Part shown: one piece after another, positions 38,092 to 50,800 of the stretch
Numbering within the stretch: the first letter of the stretch is position 1
Layout: the number at the start of each line of letters is the position of its first letter
Source: Tubulanus polymorphus
Taxonomy: Eukaryota > Animalia > Nemertea
NCBI RefSeq assembly: GCF_964204645.1
Contig: NC_134033.1
Coordinates: 13,462,655 to 13,526,654 of the forward strand
Direction of reading: 5' to 3'
DNA: 64,000 nucleotides
Made by a program: the position numbers and the translations under genes
The notes under the pieces: model-generated
The model's database searches: none
Seen by the model: only the letters and a program-made list of their open reading frames with translations
Told to the model about the DNA's origin: nothing

Positions 38092-38104
38092 GTATATATA
38101 CCCC
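38092..38104 (-). promoter_or_regulatory. Candidate TATA box (GGGGTATATATAC)
   Basis: G-flanked TATATATA about 30 nt upstream of an Inr-like TGAGT (A at 38071), followed by donor-like sites AC|GTGAGT (38062) and AA|GTAAGA (38024, 38015). It lies just upstream of the CTLD pseudo-exon acceptor. Confidence 0.3.
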
Positions 38105-38767
38105 TGTTTTTAGTCAATATCTCACACCTGGCGATGATCTCCAGAGTGAGATCGAAACATCGTTTTAGATTGTTTAAATAAATCAATTCTCGATTTTAAA
38201 ATTCTTTTAATTGGTTTAAAGTGGGTTTTTATTTTATTGTCCGTTCACGTTTGAGTGTGGTTATCGTACTATCAATTATAGAATTTGTCGTTCTCAGTCC
38301 GGCCAGGTATAATTAGGGGAACGAGATTGAAAGATATTCTGTCATATCTTGTTCTGAAATGCTAAGCAGGACGCAATGAACGATGTATTTTTTTTTATAC
38401 CAAAAACCCGTGGGAAATAAAATCTAGCGAAAGTCGTACAGAAAATACGTCGTTTGACAGTCTTTTGTACATAGCTGAACAACTGTCTCAAATCGATCAA
38501 ATCATTCGCCTGTCATTTAATCTTATTCGGTAGTATTCAAATAAAGACAGGTTTTCTTAAAGCCATTTGTTGAATAGAAAATAATGAAATAATGTATAGT
38601 TGAAAACCAGCGATCACGGGTTTTCTGCATCATCATTATGCAAACCTTTGGAAATTGTAAATAGATATGAATAAATTGTTTACCGTCGGAATTTGAACGT
38701 GACATGACTGAATCAATACGAGAATGTTTGTTCAACGTTTAAAAACTGTCTTTTCACACATGACCAA

Positions 38768-39023
<256 letters not shown>

Positions 39024-39630
39024 GCGACGATTAGTTCATCTGGAAATTATTCCAAGGTCAATTGGTCTACTATACGTATTAACGCATCCAATCCAACTTG
39101 AAACCTTAAATAAATTCACTGGCCAAGGTCATAGTTTTCCAAAAGTAAGAGACTCAAATAAAATCCCGCCCAATATTGTCACCAAACCATTCAAAAAATT
39201 ATGAAACCATACTCGAATGTACAAGATCCAGGCGTGATCACACACAAAAATTGAATTTAGTAAGAGCTATAATATGAAATAAGGGTTTTAAGGTTTAGTT
39301 TCAATAGCCAAATTTGCAACTCATAATTATCAGTCAAATAACATATTCAAGCAGTGTGAGATGGTTTGTAATAGACACTGTATTAATTTAGTGATTAACA
39401 ACATTGGAGAGCAATAATTGATATCATCATAGTTTTGAATATCTATTTAATAGTACGTTTGTTCGTCTTCCACATGTGAGGGTAAGGCTTATGTCAACTC
39501 TAGGCATCCCTTATTAATATGTTGTATACATTTTGTGTAAGGCAGTGTTGAAATTAGAGTCAAATAGATTCTATAAGTCTTGAGTCGGCCCTTCTCCTAT
39601 GCAAAAAGAGGTGCTGCAAAACCAATACAA

Positions 39631-39654
39631 CCCCCCTCCCCTCCCCCTCCCCCC
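39631..39654 (-). other. G-quadruplex-forming motif G6AG5AG4AG6
   Basis: Plus strand cccccctccccTcccccTcccccc gives four G-runs with 1-nt loops on the minus strand. Confidence 0.55.
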
Positions 39655-40605
39655 ATTTACTGCCATCGAGAGTCACGTCTTTTTGATATAGTACTGTAGT
39701 AATAAATACGATGATTGAAAGGTCAACGTACATATTGTAAATGCCTGTAGTAAAGCAGTACTAAACTGTAACACACGATTCAGTGAAATATGGCACGCGA
39801 GGTTCTACAAAACTCAAATCTGTACAAAACTGTACATTCTTATACACACGAGACACACGTCGTACATGTACATGTAGTGACTATTGAATCCTAGGACGAA
39901 CAGCGATGAGACATAACGACGAACTCCGAATCCAACGAATACGTGTAACCAACGCAAAATCAGAGACGACCTGAACAAGGCAGTGCAGTTAAAGTTTTGT
40001 ACGGTCTTACATTCATTCTGTCAAAAGAATAGAGGAAACTCGGTAGAAATGCATGTTCTCTGATTGGCTGAATGCTATGTCTGTACGTACACTTCACTGA
40101 GTTTGCATTCCGGATATATCATGCTCATCACGACAGTGCGTGTACATGGTGTAGCTGCCTCAGTGCTCGAAAAAGCAAGTTTTGGCCCGCAATGTTTTAC
40201 AAATTTCATGAAATAAACAGTTGAACACTTAATTTTTTAAAGAAATTAACTACATCGATTCAGTCTCAATTCTTGTATCATTTAGTCTTCAGTAAAACAA
40301 TGCTGGATAATTCGGATGACTTCTTCTACTACGGATCTTTGATTATTTTGATATTTGATTATATGATTTATTAGACAGCCGACAGCCGATGAAACTTCAA
40401 AATTAGATAAACACAATACAATGCAATAACGGATTCTTTATTTGCATAGAATATTTCTAATGTACATTAAATCAAAAATTCATGCAGTCGTTATGAATTT
40501 TTGATTATATACATAGATTCAGTTACATAATACTGAGCAGCCCGGCAGAGCCTGAAAGCTGCGTTACGCTGGCACCATTTTAGACAAGAAAACTAACTTG
40601 AAAGT

Positions 40606-40611
40606 TTTATT
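40606..40611 (-). promoter_or_regulatory. Candidate polyadenylation signal AATAAA for gene A (3'UTR about 1.1 kb)
   Basis: Nearest plus-strand tttatt that I found downstream of the 41715 stop; further copies at 40437 and 40367. Confidence 0.3.
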
Positions 40612-41714
40612 CGTGGTGAAAAATAACTGATATACATGTATAATGACTAATATTATCGACAGTGAATTGTACAATAAGGGTCAATAAAGTCATTTCGAAT
40701 TTGAATTTATCGACAATTGAATTGAACTGTTAAGAATATAAAAATTTATAAGATGGAAAATAAGAGTCATGAAATATATCAAATAACAAAATGAACATCA
40801 AAATTCACGATTCCAATCACCATTTTGATCGCCATTATTGGTGACGTAGTGCACATCGATTCACACAAGATATATCGATTCACACAAAACCCTTCAATGT
40901 ATAAAATAATAATTTGTAACGTTATAAAAAATGAAACCAAAAGAAAACAAAACATTTGCACTTTACAACAATAAATCAGAACAGGCAGTTGAAGTGATAT
41001 AATAATCTGAGAAAAGTAGAATATTATGATAAGAAATAGATATTGCATTAGACTCATTGCAGCCACGTGGTTCTCGTTACAACGCCATAGTATTTCTGTC
41101 TATACAATAAATGATTTAAAAGATAGATCCCCAAAATCTGTGAATGGCCATAGGCATAACATCATTTTATGATCAAGATGCATCAGGGGCGGATCTGATC
41201 TAGGGTCTGATTTTCGGAGGGGCGCACCCCCAATTAGGGAAGATAACAAAATTCAACCGTCAGTACTTGAGATTTTCACTAAGGCGTCATCACGTAAAAC
41301 GTACATGGCGTTCCATGTTCCTATCAGTTCCGTTCCGTGTAAAAACGCGTACGCAAACATATTTACGTCTTTTTAAAGGACCAACCATGCCATAGAAGAA
41401 ATGTTACATTTTGACTGAATAATGCAACTTTATGTAGGAATAAATGAAAAAATATCTTTCACATACGATTATACGTGCATTCGAACATATATGCTTCCAA
41501 CGGACGAGTTTGTCTCCTCGGAAATCATGATATAAACATAATACTGTTATGAAAGAAAATAATTAAAACAAGATATGCACATAACAATTAACAGAAAAGA
41601 CTAGAAGTCTGACATAACTTCTAGTTTTCACGAAATTTAGGCCTGTCACGGATTGGGCAAATACAACAAGCTTCATAATCGCACGTCTAGTACGTCTTCA
41701 AAGACTAGATCAAT

Positions 41715-41804
41715 CTATATTGTATTCGTATCCGCTTCATCCGTCTCCAGGCGAAACAGCCCTCCAGGTCTAGTTGGCATAATTCTGGGTCTCTTAATTT
41801 TGAA
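41715..41804 (-). CDS. Gene A terminal coding exon
   Basis: TTTTGTTTTCAG| FKIKRPRIMPTRPGGLFRLETDEADTNTI* (TAG at 41717-41715). Confidence 0.8.
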   Translation of the reverse strand, partial: FKIKRPRIMPTRPGGLFRLETDEADTNTI

Positions 41805-44800
41805 CTGAAAACAAAATATGAATATAGAAACATAGAGAACGAGACCATCGTCAGGTGTCAACAAATAATGTATCATACCTGTTCCTTTCTATCCACCGAA
41901 GAAGATTCCACCCCACCAAACAGAGTATCGAAATAGTTATACATATCGGAATCGGCGTCATCGTCGATTTCACGGGGTAACGAAGGTGAAGGTCGTCGTG
42001 TTTGGCGTGACGATGCCATAGAGTACCACGAAAAACGACTAAACGACATCCGGCCCATATCGCGTTCCAGCGATAAACTGCTTGCATCCGTATTGACATG
42101 CTTTGAAAAATAGAAGGATAAAAACGGACGTGTATCTTTATGGCTGGTATTAACAGCTCAGATAAGCACATATAGATTACGCACTGGAGCCAAGTGCCAC
42201 AAAAGGCATCGACAAAATTACTCAAAACTGAATCGAAATACATGTATATCTAATTACAAAATTTACACACCAACGGCAGATTGTAACGACCTGTAGTGGA
42301 AAGTTGAGGTCTGGGAATTCTTGTTTCTTCGTTGATTTGTCTCCAGAATAATGCTTCCACGGAAAGTGGATCCCGATGAAGGTTACTAAAACAAAACCGA
42401 TGAATGGGTTATTTGTAGAAAACATTTTTAAGAAACCTTGCTATTAAAGTAGAAAGATGGTCACCTGGATTGTTGTCGTTTCTTCCTACGTCGTACGAAA
42501 ATGATGATAACAGTAAATATGATGGCAATTAGTAGAACACCGAAAACTGCACCGAGAGAAATGGCAATCACGTTCTGTTCTGATGAGGCAACTACAGATT
42601 GAGCGGAACACTCAGATCCTGTATATGGTTCGTTACATCTGCAAATTATACAAATAATCTATGTATTAATCTATTAACCAGAATGCCCGTAGAAAATGAT
42701 GCTTAAATTTAATGATAATAAATCACGAATTGCTTTGATCAATGATTATTGAATTCCTGATCAAGCCGATCAACTTACACACAGTACGGTTCACCAGACG
42801 CATGGGACGTATAGCATGCACCGTTTCCGCTACATGTGACTCCGTAACATCTATCTTCGCATTTTATATTCAATTGTGTTGATCTATTTGCGGGGTTGGC
42901 ACACTTATATCCGAGCGGACATAGTGCCGGATTTACACGATAACACGGATCAATCGGATTCGATTTGTGTGACTCTACGAATCAAGATAATGAATAACGA
43001 TAACATGATATATTTTGATCGCACATCGTGTAATTAAAAGCTGTCGAAAAAACTTACTGATGAAATTTTTTTTCGTCCAATTCCTGTCAACCTTATACTG
43101 TTCGATACTGAAGTTATTACTAATAAGCCTTGGTAATACTATATTATCGAGGTATTCAATAAGATCGACATTATCGTTATCCTTAAGATACCTCAGCAAA
43201 ACTGATGAGTTATACTCAACAATGTATTGATAAATAACGCTTCCATTCCTGCCAAGAAGAGAAAATTTATGTGTCAGTAGTAAAGCAAGAATAGATCTAC
43301 AAATGAAATATATGCACTTACGATAATCCTAACGTAACAATTCTCGATATAGGTGGACTTAAACCATAGTGTTCATTTCCTACCTGAAATTTTTAGAAAG
43401 GGAGTAAACCGAACAGCGAAAGTGGCTAGAGTAGTTTATTAGATAAATTCATTTTAAAATCACAAAAAAAGAAAACTCACCGCATGTCGTGCAATGTGCT
43501 CAAAAACATCAAACTCTCTCGATGTGTTGTCCGAAAAAGCTGGATTCCAGGAACGATTGATCTTTACAGAGAATGGCCCGACGCTAGTTGTTTGTAAGTA
43601 ACCTGAATTCAAAGAGCCGTAGATGTTTTGAATACTTATTAGTTAAGTAAAATGCAATTCATCATGATTCTACCAGTACTAACTTATATCTGATATCGGT
43701 ACATAGCGAGGACTAGGTGTTTGTGTGTCCACCATAGTGGAGCTGAGAGTCGAAAATGAAGTAGACGAATCGGTTGGTGTGGAACTCTCGGTGCTCATCG
43801 AGGAAACTACCGTAGTTGAGCTGACAGTCGAGGATGAAGTAGACGAAGCAGTTGGTGAAGTCGTCTCAGTGATGGGGGAAGTTGATGGGTCTACCGTAGA
43901 GAAATGTGAGGATGAAGTAGACGAAACCGTTGTGAAGGTCGTATCGGTGCTTGCCGATGTCGATGTGTCTACCGTGGTGGATGTGTCAGTCGAGAACGAA
44001 GTAGACGAATCCGTTGGTGATGTCGTCTCGGTGCTCGCCGAGGTAGATGTGTCTTTCGTAGTTGAGCTGAGAGTCGAGGATGAAGTAGACGAATCTGTTG
44101 GTGATGTCGTCTCGGTGCTCGACGAGGCAGATGTGTCTACCGTAGTTGATGTGTCTGTTGAGGACGAATTAGTCGAATCCGTTGGTGATGTCGACTCTGT
44201 GCTCGACGAGGTAGATGTTTCTATCGTAGTTGAGCTGACAGTCGAAGGAGAAGTAGACGAATCCGTTGGTAATGTCGTCACGGTGCTCGCCGAGGTCGAT
44301 GTGTCAACCGTGGTGGAGGTGTCAGTCGAGGACGAAGTAGACGAATCCGTTGTTAAGGTCGTATCGGTGCTCGCCAATGTCGATGTGGTCACCGACGTGG
44401 GACTGGTAGTCGAGGATGATGTTGACGAATACGTTGGTGATTTCGACTCGGTGCTCGACGAGGTCGATGTGTCTACCGTTGTTGAGCTGACAGTCGTGGA
44501 TGAAATAGACGAATCCGTTGCTGATGTCGTCTCGCTGCTCGCCGATGTCAAAGTGTCTATCGTAGTGGATGTGTCAGTTGAGGACGAAGTAGACGAATCT
44601 ATTGGTGACGTCGTCTCGGTGCTCGACGAGGATATGTCTACCGTAGTGGATGTGTCAGTTGAGGACGAAGTAGTCGAATCCGTTAGTGATGTCGACTCGG
44701 TGCTCGACGAGGTAGATGTGTCTACCGTAGTTGAGCTGATAGTCGAGGATGAAATAGACGAATCCATTGGTGATGTCGTCTCGGTGCTCACCGATGTCGA

Positions 44801-47800
44801 TGTGTCTACCGTTGTGGATGTGTCAGTTGAGGTCGAAGTAGACGAATCCGTTGTTAAGGTCGTATCAGTGCTCGCCAATGTCGATGTGGTCACCGACGTG
44901 GGACTGGTAGTCGAGGATGATGTTGACGAATACGTTGGTGATGTCGTCTCGCTGCTCGCCGATGTCAAAGTGTCTATCGTAGTGGATGTGTCAGTTGAGG
45001 ACGAAGTAGACGAAACTGTTGTTGAGGTCGTATCTGTGCTCACCGGGGTCGATGTGTCTACCGTAGTAGAGCTGACAGTCGTGGATGAAATAGACGAATC
45101 CGTTGCCGATGTCGTCTCGGTGCTCGCCGAGGTCGATGTGTCTACCGTAGTGGATGTGTCAGTCGTCGAGGACGAAGTCGACGAAACCGTTGGTGATGTC
45201 GTCTCGGTGCTCGACGAGGTAGATGTATCTACCGTAGTTGAGCTGACAGTCGAAGGAGAAGTAGATGAAATGGTTGGTGATGTCGTTTCGGTGCTCGCCG
45301 TGGTAGATGTGTCTATCGTAGTTGAGCTGACATTCGAAGGAGAAGTAGAAGAATCCGTTGGTGATGTCGTATCGGTGCTCGACGATATCGATGTGTCGAC
45401 CGTAGTGGATGTGTCAGTTGCGGACGAAGTAGACGAATCCATTGGTGATGTCGTCACGGTGCTCGCCGATGTTGATGTGTCCACCGTAGTGGAACTGACA
45501 GTCGAGGACGAAGTAGACGAATCCGTGGTCAAGGTCGTATCGGTGCTCGCCGATGTCGATGTCGTCATCGAAGAGGGGCTGGTAGTCGAGGACGATGTAG
45601 ACGAATCTATTGGTGATGTCGTCACGGTGCTCGCCGAGGTCGATGTGTCTACCGTAGTGGATGTGTCAGTCGAGGACGAAGTAGACGATTCCGTTGGTGA
45701 TGTCGTCTCTGTGCTCGCCGACGTCGATTTTTCTACCGTAGAGCTGACAGTCGAGGATGAAATAGACGAATCCGTTGGCGATGTCGCCTCGGTGCTCACC
45801 GTGGTAGATGTTTCGATCGTAGTTGAGCTGACAGTCGAAGGGGAAGTAGACGAATCCGTTGGTGATGTCGTCACGGTGCTCGCCGAGGTCGATGTGTCAA
45901 CCGTGGTGGAGGTGTCAGTCGAGGACGAAGTAGACGAATCCGTTGTTAAGGTCGTATCGGTGCTCGCCAATGTCGATGTGGTCAACGACGTGGGACTGGT
46001 AGTCGAGGATGATGTTGACGAATACGTTGGTGATTTCGACTCGGTGCTCGACTCGGTCGATGTGTCTACCGTTGTTGAGCTGACAGTCGTGGATGAACTA
46101 GACGAATCCGTTGCTGATGTCGTCTCGCTGCTCGCCGATGTCAAAGTGTCTATCGTAGTGGATGTGTCAGTTGAGGACGAAGTAGACGAATCTATTGGTG
46201 ACGTCGTCTCGGTGCTCGACGAGGATGTGTCTACCGTAGTGGATGTGTCAGTTGAGGACGAAGTAGTCGAATCCGTTGGTGATGTCGACTCGGTGCTCGA
46301 CTCGGTCGATGTGTCTACTGTAGTGGATGTGTCAGTTGAGGACGAAGTAGACGAATCTATTGGTGACGTCGTCTCGGTGCTCGACGAGGATGTGTCTGCC
46401 GTAGTTGATGTGTCAGTCGAGGATGAAGTAGACGAATCCGTTGGTGATGTCGTCTCGGTGCTCGCCGATGTCGATGTGTCTATCGTAGTGGAGCTGACAG
46501 TCGAGGATGAAGTAGACGAATCCGTTGGTGATGTCGTCTCGGTGCTCGCCAATGTCGATGTGTCTACCGTAGTGGAGCTGACAGTCGAGGATGTAGTCGA
46601 CGAATCCGTTTGTGTTTTCGTCTTGGTGCTCACCGAGGTCGATGTGTCTACCGTAGGTGATGTGTCAGTCGAGGATGAAGTAGACGAATCCGTTGCCGAT
46701 GTCGTCTCGGTGCTCGCCGAGGTCGATGTGTCTACCGTAGTGGATGTGTCAGTTGAGGACGAAGTAGACGAATCTATTGGTGACGTCGTCTCGGTGCTCG
46801 ACGAGGATGTGTCTACCGTAGTGGATGTGTCAGTTGAGGACGAAGTAGTCGAATCCGTTGGTGATGTCGACTCGGTGCTCGACTCGGTCGATGTGTCTAC
46901 CGTTGTTGAGCTGACAGTCGTGGATGAACTAGACGAATCCGTTGCTGATGTCGTCTCGCTGCTCGCCGATGTCAAAGTGTCTATCGTAGTGGATGTGTCA
47001 GTTGAGGACGAAGTAGACGAATCTATTGGTGACGTCGTCTCGGTGCTCGACGAGGATGTGTCTACCGTAGTGGATGTGTCAGTTGAGGACGAAGTAGTCG
47101 AATCCGTTGGTGATGTCGACTCGGTGCTCGACGAGGTCGATGTGTCTACTGTAGTGGATGTGTCAGTTGAGGACGAAGTAGTCGAATCCGTTGGTGATGT
47201 CGACTCGTTGCTCGACGAGGTAGATGTGTCTACCGTTGTTGAGCTGACAGTCGAGGATGAAATAGAGGAATCCGTTGGTGATGTCGTCTCGGTGCTCGCC
47301 GAGGTCGATGTGTCTACCGTAGTGGATGTGTCAGTCGAGGACGAAGTAGACGATTCCGTTAGTGATGTCGACTCGGTGCTCGACGAGGTCGATGTGTCTA
47401 CTGTAGTGGATGTGTCAGTTGAGGACGAAGTAGTCGAATCCGTTGGTGATGTCGACTCGGTGCTCGACGAGGTAGATGTGTCTACCGTTGTTGAGCTGAC
47501 AGTCGAGGATGAAATAGACGAACCCGTTGGTGATGTCGTCTCGGTGCTCGCCGATGTTGATGTGTCCCTCGTAGTGGACGTGTCAGTCGAGGACGAAATA
47601 GACGAAACTGTTGTTGAGGTCGTATCTGTGCTCACCGGGGTCGATGTGTCTACCGTAGTAGAGCTGACAGTCGTGGATGAAATAGACGAATCCGTTGCCG
47701 ATGTCGTCTCGGTGCTCGCCGAGGTCGATGTGTCTACCGTAGTGGATGTGTCAGTCGTCGAGGACGAAGTCGACGAAACCGTTGGTGATGTCGTCTCGGT

Positions 47801-50800
47801 GCTCGACGAGGTAGATGTATCTACCGTAGTTGAGCTGACAGTCGAAGGAGAAGTAGATGAAATGATTGGTGATGTCGTTTCGGTGCTCGCCGTGGTAGAT
47901 GTGTCTATCGTAGTTGAGCTGACATTCGAAGGAGAAGTAGAAGAATCCGTTGGTGATGTCGTATCGGTGCTCGACGGTATCGATGTGTCTACCGTAGTGG
48001 ATGTGTCAGTTGCGGACGAAGTAGACGAATCCATTGGTGATGTCGTCACGGTGCTCGCCGATGTTGATGTGTCCACCGTAGTGGAACTGGCAGTCGAGGA
48101 CGAAGTTGACGAATCAGTTGTTAAGGTCGTATCGCTACTCGCCAAGGTCGATATGTCCACCGTAGTGGATGTGTCAGTCGAGGACGAAATAGACGAATCC
48201 GTTGTTAAGGTCGTCTCTGTGCTCGCCGACGTCGATGTGTCTACCGTAGAGCTGACAGTCGTGGATGAAATAGACGAATCCGTTGCTGATGTCGTCTCGC
48301 TGCTCGCCGATGTCAAAGTGTCTATCGTAGTGGATGTGTCAGTTGAGGACGAAGTAGACGAATCTATTGGTGACGTCGTCTCGGTGCTCGACGAGGATGT
48401 GTCTACCGTAGTGGATGTGTCAGTTGAGGACGAAGTAGTCGAATCCGTTGGTGATGTCGACTCGGTGCTCGACGAGGTCGATGTGTCTACTGTAGTGGAT
48501 GTGTCAGTTGAGGACGAAGTAGTCGAATCCGTTGGTGATGTCGACTCGTTGCTCGACGAGGTAGATGTGTCTACCGTTGTTGAGCTGACAGTCGAGGATG
48601 AAATAGAGGAATCCGTTGGTGATGTCGTCTCGGTGCTCGCCGAGGTCGATGTGTCTACCGTAGTGGATGTGTCAGTCGAAGGAGAAGTAGATGAAATGGT
48701 TGGTGATGTCGTTTCGGTGCTAGCCGATGTCGATGTGTCTATCGTGGTTGATGTGTCAGTCGAGGACGAAGTAGACGATTCCGTTAGTGATGTCGACTCG
48801 GTGCTCGACGAGGTCGATGTGTCTACTGTAGTGGATGTGTCAGTTGAGGACGAAGTAGTCGAATCCGTTGGTGATGTCGACTCGGTGCTCGACGAGGTAG
48901 ATGTGTCTACCGTTGTTGAGCTGACAGTCGAGGATGAAATAGACGAACCCGTTGGTGATGTCGTCTCGGTGCTCGCCGATGTTGATGTGTCCCTCGTAGT
49001 GGACGTGTCAGTCGAGGACGAAATAGACGAAACTGTTGTTGAGGTCGTATCTGTGCTCACCGGGGTCGATGTGTCTACCGTTGTAGAGCTGACAGTCGTG
49101 GATGAAATAGACGAATCCGTTGCCGATGTCGTCTCGGTGCTCGCCGAGGTCGATGTGTCTACCGTAGTGGATGTGTCAGTCGTCGAGGACGAAGTCGACG
49201 AAACCGTTGGTGATGTCGTCTCGGTGCTCGACGAGGTAGATGTATCTACCGTAGTTGAGCTGACAGTCGAAGGAGAAGTAGATGAAATGATTGGTGATGT
49301 CGTTTCGGTGCTCGCCGTGGTAGATGTGTCTATCGTAGTTGAGCTGACATTCGAAGGAGAAGTAGAAGAATCCGTTGGTGATGTCGTATCGGTGCTCGAC
49401 GGTATCGATGTGTCTACCGTAGTGGATGTGTCAGTTGCGGACGAAGTAGACGAATCCATTGGTGATGTCGTCACGGTGCTCGCCGATGTTGATGTGTCCA
49501 CCGTAGTGGAACTGGCAGTCGAGGACGAAGTTGACGAATCAGTTGTTAAGGTCGTATCGCTACTCGCCAAGGTCGATATGTCCACCGTAGTGGATGTGTC
49601 AGTCGAGGACGAAATAGACGAATCCGTTGTTAAGGTCGTCTCTGTGCTCGCCGACGTCGATGTGTCTACCGTAGAGCTGACAGTCGTGGATGAAATAGAC
49701 GAATCCGTTGCTGATGTCGTCTCGCTGCTCGCCGATGTCAAAGTGTCTATCGTAGTGGATGTGTCAGTTGAGGACGAAGTAGACGAATCTATTGGTGACG
49801 TCGTCTCGGTGCTCGACGAGGATGTGTCTACCGTAGTGGATGTGTCAGTTGAGGACGAAGTAGTCGAATCCGTTGGTGATGTCGACTCGTTGCTCGACGA
49901 GGTAGATGTGTCTACCGTTGTTGAGCTGACAGTCGAGGATGAAGTTGACGAATCCGTTGGTGATGTCGTCTCGGTGCTCGCCGAGGTCGGTGTGTCTACC
50001 GTAGAGCTGACAGACGAGGATGAAATAGACGAATCTGTTGCTGATGTCGACTCGGTGCTAGCCGATGTCGATGTGTCTATCGTGGTTGATTTGTCAGTTG
50101 TCGAGGACGAAGTCGACGAAACCGTTGGTGATGTCGTCTCGGTGCTCGACGAGGTAGATGTATCTACCGTAGTTGAGCTGACAGTCGAAGGAGAAGTAGA
50201 ATAATCCGTTGGTGATGTCGTATCAGTGCTCGACGATATCGATACGTCTACCGTAGTGGATGTGTCAGTTGCGGACGAAGTAGACGAATCCATTGGTGAT
50301 GTCGTCACGGTGCTCGCCGATGTTGATGTGTCCACCGTAGTGGAACTGGCAGTCGAGGACGAAGTTGACGAATCAGTTGTTAAGGTCGTATCGCTACTCG
50401 CCAAGGTCGATATGTCCACCGTAGTGGATGTGTCAGTCGAGGACGAAATAGACGAATCCGTTGTTAAGGTCGTCTCTGTGCTCGCCGACGTCGATGTGTC
50501 TACCGTAGAGCTGACAGTCGAGGATGAAATAGACGAATCCGTTGGTGATGTTGTCTCGGTGCTCAACGTGGTAGATGTTTCTATCGTAGTTGAGCTGACA
50601 GTCGAAGGAGAAGTAGACGAATCCGTTGGTGATATCGTCACGGTGCTCGCCAATGTTGATGTGTCCACCGTAGTGGATGTGTCAGTAGAGGACGAAGTAG
50701 ACGAATCCGTTGGTGATGTCGTCACGGTGCTCGCCAATGTTGATGTGTCCACCGTAGTGGATGTGTCAGTCGAGGATGAAGTAGACGAATCTTTTGTGTT

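Noticed and set aside
41183-41232. caggggcggatct...ggggcgcacccc, resembling one end of short GC-rich inverted-repeat elements seen in invertebrates
   Set aside because: I found no matching opposite terminus or target-site duplication; too short to call.
41715-41730. Class I PDZ-binding C-terminus as in MUC3/12/17
   Set aside because: The protein ends DTNTI. Position -2 is Asn rather than Ser/Thr, so it is not canonical.
41851-42425. Track ORFs 41851..42243 and 42222..42425
   Set aside because: Alternative frames overlapping the tail exons. The splice-phase-consistent frames give the motif-bearing tail instead.
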